A DNA stretch of 20,422 nucleotides from Candidatus Methylomirabilales bacterium (lineage in GTDB: Bacteria > Methylomirabilota > Methylomirabilia > Methylomirabilales > CSP1-5). Where the stretch lies: assembly GCA_046758505.1 (NCBI GenBank), contig JBHIAH010000046.1, positions 1 to 20,422 of the forward strand. The letters run 5' to 3'. The notes beneath the pieces are model-generated. The model saw nothing but the letters and a program-made list of their open reading frames with translations, did not search any database and was not told where the DNA came from. Of this stretch, positions 1 to 8,242 are shown one piece after another (within the stretch, counting starts at the first letter, position 1; the number at the start of each line of letters is the position of its first letter). The translations under genes were made by a program, and so were the position numbers.

Positions 1-348
1 GGGGTGACCGCCTGTTCGACGGTCTATTCCGGTACGGGGGGAGTCAGTAGTCCCGGCGAGTATAACTCTGTCACCGGGAACTTTACCCAGGAGTTCGCCG
101 CGTCGCTGGACGACACGTGGGATACCACCCTTGAGGCCTTGGAAGCCCTGGAACTCACCATCGTCCGACGGGCAAAGGACCAGCTCGGCGGGCGCGTGCT
201 CGCCAAGCGGGCTGATGGCACCGACGTGACGGTTACGCTAAGGCCGCGAGGCCGCGCGATGACGTTCGTCCAGATCGAGGTCGGCCGAGGGGACAAGGAG
301 GCGTCGATCCGCATCAGTCAGGAACTCGAACGGAGACTGTCCAAATAG
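1..348 (+). CDS. DUF3568-family lipoprotein, probably 5'-truncated by the window edge
   Basis: Frame is open from base 1 and begins ...GVTAC (lipobox-like). The pattern 'SLDDTWDTTLEALEALEL..KD.LGG...AKRADG..V.V.L....T.V.I.VG..GD...S..I' resembles DUF3568. Confidence 0.7.
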   Translation, partial: GVTACSTVYSGTGGVSSPGEYNSVTGNFTQEFAASLDDTWDTTLEALEALELTIVRRAKDQLGGRVLAKRADGTDVTVTLRPRGRAMTFVQIEVGRGDKEASIRISQELERRLSK

Positions 349-551
349 ACCCGGGACCTCCCGGCTTTCTCCCCCACGAGCCATTCGGCCGCTGGATTCA
401 CCCCCCCTGACTTTCCCTCGCTCAGTCTCTGCCCGGACTGCGGTGACCGTTGGTGCGAACGGGGCACTGTGCGGTCCGGATTTCCTTGACCGGAGCCGCG
501 GCGTGTGCTAGCTACTCAAATTGTCTGCTTCCATCCAGCCGGGAGGGATCC

Positions 552-944
552 ATGACGCGCGCACTCTTGCTGGTGGACCACGGCAGCCGGCGGCCCGCGG
601 CCAATGCCGTGCTCGTCCAGGTGGCCGAGATCATCCGGCATCAATCGGATTTTGCGGTGGTCCATTATGGCCATATGGAAATCGCGGAGCCGACGATCGC
701 CCAGGCATTCGATGCCTGTGTGGCCGACGGGGCCCGCGAGGTCATTGTCCACCCGTATTTTCTGGCCCCTGGGGACCACTATAACGAAACTGTCCCGCGG
801 CTGGTGGCCGAGGCGGCCACGAGGCATCCCGAGGTGCGTTGGACCATCACCGAACCCCTCGGGATCCATGCCAAGCTCTGCGAAGTCGTCCTCGAGCGCG
901 TGGAGGCCGCGGTCGACCACAGGCCCGTGCGCGGCTCCTGCTGA
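552..944 (+). CDS. cbiX: Short CbiX/SirB-family sirohydrochlorin chelatase (130 aa)
   Basis: GGAGG RBS before ATG 552; motifs LLVDHGSR, MEIAEPTI, PYFLAPGDH and EPLG.H with both metal-binding His residues. Confidence 0.88.
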   Translation: MTRALLLVDHGSRRPAANAVLVQVAEIIRHQSDFAVVHYGHMEIAEPTIAQAFDACVADGAREVIVHPYFLAPGDHYNETVPRLVAEAATRHPEVRWTITEPLGIHAKLCEVVLERVEAAVDHRPVRGSC

Positions 945-1153
945 GGGCAGAGCGTCGGGACATCGCCTGCTGAAGTTGCCGGACTCCCCCGGGGGAAAAC
1001 CGCCGTACCGAAGATGGCACGACCCGTCCAAGGGGCCGCCAGCAGCATCCGTTTCTCCTCACGCGTTCTCTCGCGGCAATACACGGTACCTGTTCCGCCA
1101 CGGGATCGGGATGGAAAAGGCGAGGCCCGATCCGGTGGTGGGGGATGGCCGCC

Positions 1154-1882
1154 ATGAGACCTGATCCGAACGAGGGCAAGCGGGCAGACGTCCGGCGCAT
1201 GTTCGCCTCCATCGTCCCCCGGTACGATCTGCTGAACCGCCTACTCAGTTTTCGCCGTGATATCTACTGGCGCCGGGTCGCCGTCACGCGGGGCCAGGTT
1301 GTTCCCGGGGGGCGCGTCCTGGACCTGTGCGCCGGGACGGCCGATGTGGCGTTGGAGATCACCCGGCAGGTTTCGGGGGCGCGCGTGGTCGCCGTGGATA
1401 ACTGTGAGCCGATGCTGGTCCGGGGTGTCCAGAAGGTCAGGCGAGCAAGGGCGGTGGATCGGGTCCGCTTTACGGTCGCGCCGGCCGAGCACCTGCCCTT
1501 TCCCGACGAAACCTTCGACGGGGCCTTTGTGGCTTTTGGGATCCGCAATGTCGCCGATCGGCGGCGCGGGCTGGAGGAGATGGCGAGGGTCCTGAGACCG
1601 GGTGGCCGGGCAGTCATCTTGGAGTTCTCGACTCCCGCATCTCCCCTCGTCGCGTCCCTGTATCGCCTGTACTCCCGCCGGCTCCTCCCGTGGATCGGCG
1701 GTCTTGTGTCGGGGAACCGGGCGGCTTACGAGTATCTTCCCGCGTCGGTGGACGGCTTTCCGTTGCCCGAGGGACTCCGGGCCCTGATGGAGGAGGCGGG
1801 ATTCTCGCAGGTCTCGGTTCACCCCTTGACCTTCGGGATCGTGACAATCCACGAGGGGAGGAAAGTTGCGCGTCATGGGTGA
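1154..1882 (+). CDS. ubiE: UbiE/MenG demethylmenaquinone methyltransferase
   Basis: VRRMFASIVPRYDLLNRLLS, VLDLCAGTAD (SAM motif I), AFGIRNV, RVLRPGG, ILEFS, AYEYLPASV. Alternative start at 1145. Confidence 0.95.
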   Translation: MRPDPNEGKRADVRRMFASIVPRYDLLNRLLSFRRDIYWRRVAVTRGQVVPGGRVLDLCAGTADVALEITRQVSGARVVAVDNCEPMLVRGVQKVRRARAVDRVRFTVAPAEHLPFPDETFDGAFVAFGIRNVADRRRGLEEMARVLRPGGRAVILEFSTPASPLVASLYRLYSRRLLPWIGGLVSGNRAAYEYLPASVDGFPLPEGLRALMEEAGFSQVSVHPLTFGIVTIHEGRKVARHG

Positions 1883-2762
1883 ACAGCGAAAACCCGGCGG
1901 TCTGTTCCAGCAGCTTCGCCTCTTTCTGGAGCTGATCAAATTTCCCCATACGATCTTTGCCCTCCCCTTTGCCTTTACGGGGGCGGTGATGGCGGCGCGG
2001 GGGATTCCGGAAGGCGAGAAGGTCCTGTGGATCTTGGTGGCGATGGTGGGGGCCCGGACCGGGGCCATGGCCGTGAACCGGCTTGTGGACATGGAGCTGG
2101 ACGCCGTGAACCCCCGGACCGCCCTTCGCGCCCTCTCCCGGGGTCTGATTCAACCCGTGACCGTCTTGGTCATCGCGATCTGTTCTTTTGCCCTATTGGT
2201 CTTCGCGGCAGCCCAACTGAACCGCCTCTGTCTCCTCCTCTCGCCCGTCGCCATCGGCCTGACCGTCTTCTACTCCTACACGAAGCGGTTTACCGCGTGC
2301 TCGCACCTGGTGCTGGGACTCTGCCTCGCCGCTGCCCCCATCGGGGGCTGGATCGCCGTCCTCGGGCGCGTGGACTTGCCGCCCCTGGTGTTGGGTTTGG
2401 CCGTTCTGTTTTGGGTGGCCGGCTTTGACATCCTGTATGCCTTGGCGGATATCGAGTTCGACCGCGCCCACGGGCTCTACTCGATTCCGGCGAGACTGGG
2501 AGAGAAAGCGGGAATGCGGGTGAGCCTGCTCTTCCATGCGGCGGTTCCCGTCCTGCTCGGGCTTGTTGGTCAGCTTCTCCACTTGGGTCCTCTCTACTAC
2601 CTGGGACTCCTCGTGATCGTGGTCTTGCTCGGGTACGAGCATGCCACGGTGCGTCGCAACGGCCTGCGGCGGCTGGAGGTCGCCTTCTTTAATGTGAATG
2701 GGCTCATCAGCATCACCCTGTTCACCGTCACCCTCCTGGATGCCTTGGTGGCCTTCCGCTGA
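1875..2762 (+). CDS. mqnP: UbiA-family polyprenyltransferase of the MqnP (futalosine pathway) type
   Basis: IKFPHTIFALPFA, ARTGAMAVNRLVDMELDAVNPRT, YSYTKRFT, WVAGFDILYALADIEFD, FFNVNG. Overlaps the ubiE stop by 8 nt, consistent with translational coupling. Confidence 0.9.
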   Translation: MGEQRKPGGLFQQLRLFLELIKFPHTIFALPFAFTGAVMAARGIPEGEKVLWILVAMVGARTGAMAVNRLVDMELDAVNPRTALRALSRGLIQPVTVLVIAICSFALLVFAAAQLNRLCLLLSPVAIGLTVFYSYTKRFTACSHLVLGLCLAAAPIGGWIAVLGRVDLPPLVLGLAVLFWVAGFDILYALADIEFDRAHGLYSIPARLGEKAGMRVSLLFHAAVPVLLGLVGQLLHLGPLYYLGLLVIVVLLGYEHATVRRNGLRRLEVAFFNVNGLISITLFTVTLLDALVAFR

Positions 2763-2943
2763 CGGACCGGAGACGCCTCACCGCTTCGCCCTGTCGGCGT
2801 CGCCGCGGCCACCGCCTCCATTCCCCTCTCGCCGGTCCTGCCCTGGCGCCCTGCGCCATCGGCGATGAGGTAACGCATTCCCTCGACTGTATGGATGACA
2901 CGACGTGGTGGGCACGGACGGGGCCTCTGCCAAGGGTAGGCAC

Positions 2944-2981
2944 AAAAACACCCCTCCCCGGGTCGAGCAGGGGAGGGGCGT
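2944..2981 (-). terminator. Rho-independent terminator of the glycine-zipper gene
   Basis: 9-bp stem CCCCTCCCC (2951-2959)/GGGGAGGGG (2970-2978), followed on the minus strand by TGTTTTT; lies about 35 nt past the stop at 3015. Confidence 0.75.
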
Positions 2982-3014
2982 ACCAGGGCCGTTACGCCCG
3001 TCTTTTCCGGAGAG

Positions 3015-3410
3015 TTACTTCAGGAGCTTGTAACCGCGATTGCGCATGCAGGCGTCGTACGCGTTCTCGTACTTCGCTTGGGCAGAGGTACCGCCGAAGA
3101 TGGCGCCACCGGTGGCGCCGGCCAGGGCCCCAATGGCTGCTCCGGTTCCCGCACCCCCGGCTATGGCGCCGGTAGCCGCCCCGAGCGCTGCCCCTCCGAG
3201 GGCGCCGATGGCTCCCTTCTCGACGGCTTCTGAGCCTTTATCGCGAGAGTGCGATTTTGCAATCTGCTCGCACTCGAAGAGGTCCTTCTGAAGCCTCGCA
3301 CTGTCGGTGGCAAAAGTGGGGTCGACCGGCGGACGATAGTTACTCGCACACCCTGCCGCCAGCAAGGCGGCGGCGGGCAAGAGGACCAGGTATCGTTTCA
3401 CCAATTTCAC
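3015..3410 (-). CDS. Glycine-zipper lipoprotein
   Basis: GAGGAG RBS before GTG; lipobox LAAGC; DLFEC...GAIGALGGAALGAATGAIAGGAGTGAAIGA...YDACMRNRGY pattern. Confidence 0.88.
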   Translation of the reverse strand: MKLVKRYLVLLPAAALLAAGCASNYRPPVDPTFATDSARLQKDLFECEQIAKSHSRDKGSEAVEKGAIGALGGAALGAATGAIAGGAGTGAAIGALAGATGGAIFGGTSAQAKYENAYDACMRNRGYKLLK

Positions 3411-4162
3411 CTCCTCTCGGATTGGCCTGTCCTATCTCATGCGGTAGCGCATTCCACCACAAGGGACTCTATTTTGTATGGCATAGTTCCCGGGGCCTGT
3501 CAATTTCTTTTGGGGCCGGTCCCCTCCGGTGGGGCACGAGAACAGGACGGGCGTCATGCCGGCCGCGGTGGTACCAGACTGAAATCCTGGGAAGGGATTC
3601 CCATGAAGGATGAGAGCCACTCACATACTGGCCAGGGTGTTCCGATGACGGTTTCCCGATAACCGCAATGTGTGCACGGCGGCGGCGGGAGATGGACCCA
3701 GAGCCGGTGGAGCATGAGACCAGGACGGAACGGAGGACGAGGCCCCGATCCTCATATATTTTCGGCCTGGGGAGGGACGTTCCGCTCGTCAGCGGAAAAT
3801 TCCACTGGCCAATAGTTCGTGAGGTGAGATGTTCCGCACAATCCACTCAGCTAGGCAATAGGACGGCCATCCCCCGCCGCCGCTTCGCTCCGGCGGGAGG
3901 TACCCCCCGGCCGGACGCAAACCAGATTCCGCTTTCCTCGAGGATCCGCCCCTCTCTCGGCTTCGGGGTCCTGATGTGAATGAACGGGGCCGTAGACGAG
4001 ACTCCCGGGCCTTGCGCGACATTGCCGGAACAGGGTCGCCCCGAGAGGCCAGGCGCGAAGGGCTCGGGAGTCTCCGTAAATGCGTTACTAATCGAGCCCT
4101 TCCCAGCGGGTTGCATTTGAATCTTTGGCCAAGAACCTCACCCGCTCTTTCTGGAGGTGACC

Positions 4163-5308
4163 ATGCAAGCCTTTCTCGGCACGCGCCTAGCCGCCGACAT
4201 CAATCTGGTCGCACAGATTGTGTTACTCATCGGGCTCTGGATCGGTGTGTATTTCGCGCGCACCGGCCAGATCTCCAGGCATGCCAATATGCAGACCACG
4301 ATGGTGCTGGCAAATGTGATCTTTATCTTCCTGGTGATGGTCCCGAGTTTTTTCCAGTACGTGATCCTGGGCGGCACGACCGGGGGGACCGTCGCGCGAT
4401 TGATGCTACTGCACGGGCTGCTCGGCCTTCTCGCGCAACTCAGCGGTATCTATCTTATCTTGCGCATGCGCACACCACTCATTCCGGCGCGGCTTCGCGT
4501 GCGCAACTTCAAACGTGTGATGCGTTGGACGCTTGCGCTCTGGACCGTGGTTTTCGTGCTGGGGATCGCCGTGTACTACTACCGCTACCTGCTCCCGAAG
4601 CCCACGGCAGCCGTCACCGCGTCCCTGGTACAGTTCCGCCGGGCCGGGAGTGCACTCGTGGTCCAGGCCGGCGAACTCCGCACTGCGGCGAGTCGGGGGG
4701 ATGACAAGGCTGCCCGGCGCGCCGCGGAGGGACTGATCAACCTGATCGAAGGGAGAACCGGAACCCACTATGGCGATCTTGATAAAGATGGATCGATTGA
4801 GGATCCGGGCGACGGCATCGGCCTTCTGAATTATCTCCGGGCCGTGAGGAACGCCACGCGGGACGCGCCGATTTCCGCACTGGCCATGAACGTAGAGCGC
4901 GGGCTCACGAGAATCCGGGAGGACGCCTCGGCCGTGATCAGGGCGGCGGATCTCAGTTCCGTACGGGTGGCGGTCGGGGGAGTAGTCCCCCTCGCAGAGC
5001 GCGTAGAGGGCGGGGGGATCGCCAAGTTACTATCCGGTGCTCCCCCCGTGGCCATCGTCGTGATCGACGAGATTGCCTTTCAACCCCCGCAGGTGACGAT
5101 TCACAAGGGGACGACCGTGGTGTGGCTCAACCAAGAGGCGGAGGTCCACACCGTCACGGCCGATGACGGAAAGTTCGACTCTGGCGATCTGTCTCGCGGC
5201 GGGATCTTTTCCTTCCCCTTCACGAAAGCGGGGGCCTTCCCCTACTACTGCATATTTCACGGTGATCGGGGGGGCGTAGATATGGCCGGGACCGTCGTCG
5301 TGGAGTAG
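4163..5308 (+). CDS. Membrane protein with N-terminal DUF420-like 4-TM domain, helical middle region and C-terminal cupredoxin (amicyanin/plastocyanin-like) domain
   Basis: GGAGGT RBS; four hydrophobic segments; C-terminus has FQPPQVTIHKGTTVVWLN..HTVT..FDSG and YYCIFHGDRGGVDMAGTVVV, giving type-1 Cu ligands His, Cys, His, Met. Confidence 0.85.
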   Translation: MQAFLGTRLAADINLVAQIVLLIGLWIGVYFARTGQISRHANMQTTMVLANVIFIFLVMVPSFFQYVILGGTTGGTVARLMLLHGLLGLLAQLSGIYLILRMRTPLIPARLRVRNFKRVMRWTLALWTVVFVLGIAVYYYRYLLPKPTAAVTASLVQFRRAGSALVVQAGELRTAASRGDDKAARRAAEGLINLIEGRTGTHYGDLDKDGSIEDPGDGIGLLNYLRAVRNATRDAPISALAMNVERGLTRIREDASAVIRAADLSSVRVAVGGVVPLAERVEGGGIAKLLSGAPPVAIVVIDEIAFQPPQVTIHKGTTVVWLNQEAEVHTVTADDGKFDSGDLSRGGIFSFPFTKAGAFPYYCIFHGDRGGVDMAGTVVVE

Positions 5309-5314
5309 GCCGGC

Positions 5315-5518
5315 CTATTTCTCTCCCGTCCGTCCTCGCAGCTTTGTCACTCGTGTGACCAGCCATCGGTGCAGACGAGCCGCCGCTCTCCGCGTGGGGG
5401 AGGGGATCTGCGGTATCTTCTGGGATCCCCAGCAGCGGGGACAGGGGTTCAGGGTATAGTGCGGGTTGGTCCCACCGAGGCATGTGGGGCATTCGACGAT
5501 GTCCTTGGTCTCTACCAT
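5315..5518 (-). CDS. Small zinc-finger protein (67 aa) with two CxxCxG motifs
   Basis: GGAGG 6 nt before ATG 5518; MVETKDIVECPTCLGGTNPHYTLNPCPRCWGS...; consensus sigma-54 promoter directly upstream. Confidence 0.7.
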   Translation of the reverse strand: MVETKDIVECPTCLGGTNPHYTLNPCPRCWGSQKIPQIPSPTRRAAARLHRWLVTRVTKLRGRTGEK

Positions 5519-5556
5519 CGTACGCCTCCAATCCTGAGGAGCCACCTTTTCCCTTC

Positions 5557-5571
5557 GCAAACTGCGTGCCA
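5557..5571 (-). promoter_or_regulatory. Sigma-54 -24/-12 promoter
   Basis: Minus strand reads TGGCACG-CAGT-TTGC, a perfect match to TGGCACG-N4-TTGC. Confidence 0.85.
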
Positions 5572-6048
5572 CAGCGTGTGGGCCGCAACCTTCGAGAAAT
5601 AAAGATGTGTGCACGTCACAGCGCGCCGGCGCCCTGACGGATTTTGGACGGCTGCCGGGAAATAGGCACGCATTTGAACTGGCGTGAGGGTCTGGCCGCT
5701 CCAAGACAGAGGCGTATCGCCGGAAGGGGGGTCAAGCTCGCGAGCCGAGCGTTTGTGCCCCGGGACGAGATGGGAGGAGTGAGAGAGGCGGGGACGCTTT
5801 GCCCTCGGAAGATGGGCAGCGATGGGAGAGGGGGCGCGAGGGAAAACCTCTCCCTCGGCCGGAGGCATTGCGGGACACCGCGGGGGGCCTGGGGCGGCTG
5901 ATGATCCCTATCCTGCGTGACAATGTGGCCAGTTCGAATGACCCACTGCCAGATTGGCCCACTTTCCCCTGTGCACCTCCGCTTCGCCGTTACCCCCATG
6001 CCGGATTGTGCATCGGAAAATCAAAGCGTTACGTCCCATCGAGGCACC

Positions 6049-6064
6049 TGGCATAACCCCTGCT
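6049..6064 (+). promoter_or_regulatory. Sigma-54 -24/-12 promoter
   Basis: TGGCATA-ACCC-CTGCT (GG-N10-GC) upstream of the PilZ gene. Confidence 0.65.
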
Positions 6065-6148
6065 TACTCGCAACTCTGTTCGGGGATGTTGGTGGGCGGA
6101 TCTGGGAGAGGGTCCTGCACGAGGGCGGAGATGGCAAGGGGGGAGAAG

Positions 6149-6502
6149 ATGGAGGAGAAGAGGAAACATCCCCGTTACGCCTTTAGCGCGCCGATGATGT
6201 ACCGGGAGATCGGACCGGTCAATGCTGGCAGGATTCACAACCTGAACGAAGGCGGCGTGATGGTCGCCCTCGCAGAGCGGTTCCCCCTCGGGACTCCGCT
6301 CGAGCTTCTTATCTTCCTGGGTGAAAGGTCCGTCCGCGCGCAGGCCGAAGTCGTCTCGTCGCAGGACCCGTTCCCCGAGGCGCCTACCTCATACCCGCAT
6401 AGACTGAAGTTCACCAGGCTCGACTTTCAAGATCAGTTGACCCTGGAGCTCTTTATCGCCGCGGCCCTCGGCGAGCAGGCCAGGGCTGGGGAGGCGTTAT
6501 AG
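6149..6502 (+). CDS. Single-domain PilZ protein
   Basis: EKRKHPRY (RxxxR), NLNEGG (variant of D/NxSxxG), and L..G..LEL...AEVV...KF pattern. Alternative start at 6131. Confidence 0.85.
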   Translation: MEEKRKHPRYAFSAPMMYREIGPVNAGRIHNLNEGGVMVALAERFPLGTPLELLIFLGERSVRAQAEVVSSQDPFPEAPTSYPHRLKFTRLDFQDQLTLELFIAAALGEQARAGEAL

Positions 6503-6877
6503 ATTCCCGGTCTCCTCTTGTTGAATCATCCGCGCCACTTCGGCGAACACTCCGGCGGGACTGAGGGGTTCCTCCACGGTGATCCTTCCATTGATTGCCG
6601 CCCCCTCACGGACGACGAGGGTCTTGCTCCGGATATCTCCCACGAGGTGGCCCGTCGAGGAAAGCTCCACCTTCTCTGCGGCCAGGAGATTTCCCCGAAC
6701 CACGCCGGCCACAATGATTGCGGTGGCCGTGATATCCGCCTGGATGCTCGCCTCCTCCAGGACGACGACGGTCCCCGTCACGTTGATCTTCCCTTCCAAA
6801 TGGCCTTGTACCTGGAGATCCCCCTCACCCGTGAGCTCACCCCGAAGGACCAATCCTTTTCCAAAGACAAAGGCCAT
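6497..6877 (-). CDS. Bactofilin (polymer-forming cytoskeletal protein, CcmA family)
   Basis: GLVLRGELTGEGDLQVQGHLEGKI...IIVAGVVRGNL.A.EKVEL..TG...GDI....LVVREGAAINGRI beta-helix repeats; GGAGG RBS before ATG 6877. Confidence 0.92.
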   Translation of the reverse strand: MAFVFGKGLVLRGELTGEGDLQVQGHLEGKINVTGTVVVLEEASIQADITATAIIVAGVVRGNLLAAEKVELSSTGHLVGDIRSKTLVVREGAAINGRITVEEPLSPAGVFAEVARMIQQEETGNL

Positions 6878-6997
6878 CCCCTTGCCCTCCTCCTTTCCGT
6901 CGCCGGTGCCTCTCCGCTGATCGTCGGGCAGGGCAGGCGTGATCCCCCCCGGTGGGGGCAGAGAGAAAGACGCCAAGGCCCCCGTGCGGAGGGTTCA

Positions 6998-7026
6998 AGT
7001 ATCTTCCACTCTGCGGGGGGTGTCAA
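6998..7026 (-). promoter_or_regulatory. Sigma-70-type promoter for the bactofilin gene
   Basis: Minus strand reads TTGACA-N17-GATACT. Confidence 0.55.
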
Positions 7027-7199
7027 GCGGCAGACATGTCATTGGCGGGAGGAGCGCCTCGACGATCCCATTCGGCTCTGCGGCGGTTGTTCTGACGGTC
7101 CTGAGCGCCTGACGGAACGCGGGGGTATCCAGGCCGGCGCGGCGAACCCGGATTCGCTTTTCCTTGTTTTTTCAATAGGGGTGGCCAGTTTGCCGGATT

Positions 7200-7215
7200 T
7201 GGTACCAAAAATGCA
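7200..7215 (+). promoter_or_regulatory. Sigma-54 -24/-12 promoter
   Basis: TGGTACC-AAAA-ATGCA (GG-N10-GC); T-rich tract at about 7158-7176 and TGT-N10-ACA at 7021-7036 lie upstream. Confidence 0.6.
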
Positions 7216-7263
7216 GGCGGGACAGTCTAAGGGAGATCGGACGTTCCTAAGGGAGTGGAAATA

Positions 7264-7743
7264 ATGAGGAAGAGCTGGCTTGTCGGGTTGTTCACAATGA
7301 TCGTGCTAGGGGCCTCGGGGGTCGGTCTTGCGGGAGAGGCGTACACCTGGGGCCAAGTCGTCGAACGCGGGATGCCCGACTTCAACAATCAGACGGTGGC
7401 CCAGAACGCGCTCCTGGCAACGGTCCCACTGCACCTCTCCTTTTCGTCCGGGGTGCACGTGGTGTTCGTGTTCGTAAACCATGCGGGACAGACGTATGGG
7501 GTCTACCTCGACTACGACACCGACGACGTGGTCGGCATTACCCGCCTCGATCGGGATCCTTCTTGGCCTCAGGGGCTCCATTTTTACGAGTTGTACGTTG
7601 ATACCGGGCTGCTCAAGGGACGCGCCCTCACGGGACGTTTCCTCCACATCGCGGGGAATAATCCCGTCTTCGCGGGGGTGTGCCAAATCGCCGACTTGTC
7701 GAATGAGGCGCGCCGCCATGCGGCGTGTCCGGGGAGCGCGTGA
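7264..7743 (+). CDS. Secreted hypothetical protein (159 aa), paralog A
   Basis: Signal peptide MRKSWLVGLFTMIVLGASGVGLA; ungapped homology to 14209-14688 supports the reading frame. Confidence 0.85.
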   Translation: MRKSWLVGLFTMIVLGASGVGLAGEAYTWGQVVERGMPDFNNQTVAQNALLATVPLHLSFSSGVHVVFVFVNHAGQTYGVYLDYDTDDVVGITRLDRDPSWPQGLHFYELYVDTGLLKGRALTGRFLHIAGNNPVFAGVCQIADLSNEARRHAACPGSA

Positions 7744-8138
7744 TCCACGCGGTCTCAGGACACATCCCCACTCCCAAGGCCCCACGTCCCCGAGCATGAA
7801 GTCGTCGGCCCCCACCCCCTGTTCCCCAAAAGTCAAGACAACACCGCCTGACACCTCCCGCTTCACCAGGACCCCGCGACGGGACAGGGGCGAGGCCTGA
7901 CGCTCATCCCCGCTCGTTCGTGTCACCCTGGCCCGGGCGCACAACGGCGCCCACGGGTGATCTGCGCAATGTGTTCGGCTGGCATGGGTGTGCTGGACTC
8001 CCGGACCCACCGTGCCGGGGTGGCGAGGGGGGCGATTACCTTGCCCCGTTTCACGCGGGGTCGTGCGAGGGGCGCTACAGCACCATTCTTCCGGGGGGTC
8101 GCGGCCAGTATTATGATGATACGCTCCGTCATGAGCGG

Positions 8139-8167
8139 TTGACATATTGCGTCGGCAAGCATATAAA
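8139..8167 (+). promoter_or_regulatory. Sigma-70-type promoter
   Basis: TTGACA-N17-TATAAA, 75 nt before the ATG at 8243. Confidence 0.7.
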
Positions 8168-8242
8168 CAGGCGTACTCATGGGGGTATGGCGAAAAAGGA
8201 GAGAACCGACGGGGTCTCTCTCACACGTAAGGAGGAGTCAAG

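Noticed and set aside
3600..3990. Several 80-125 aa ORFs in the gap between the glycine-zipper and cupredoxin genes
   Set aside because: None has recognisable domains or coding-like composition.
3998..4074. Long hairpin as SRP RNA, 6S RNA, tRNA or a known riboswitch
   Set aside because: No SRP CAGG-GNRA-AGCA helix, too short for 6S with no central bubble, no T-loop or cloverleaf, and no recognisable cobalamin, SAM or c-di-GMP core. Kept only as an unnamed structure.
5664..5678. Sigma-54-like AGGCACG-CATT-TGAA, also CGGCACG-AACC-GTGA near 19819 and TGGTGCT-TCGC-ATGT near 14147
   Set aside because: They lack the invariant GC at -12.
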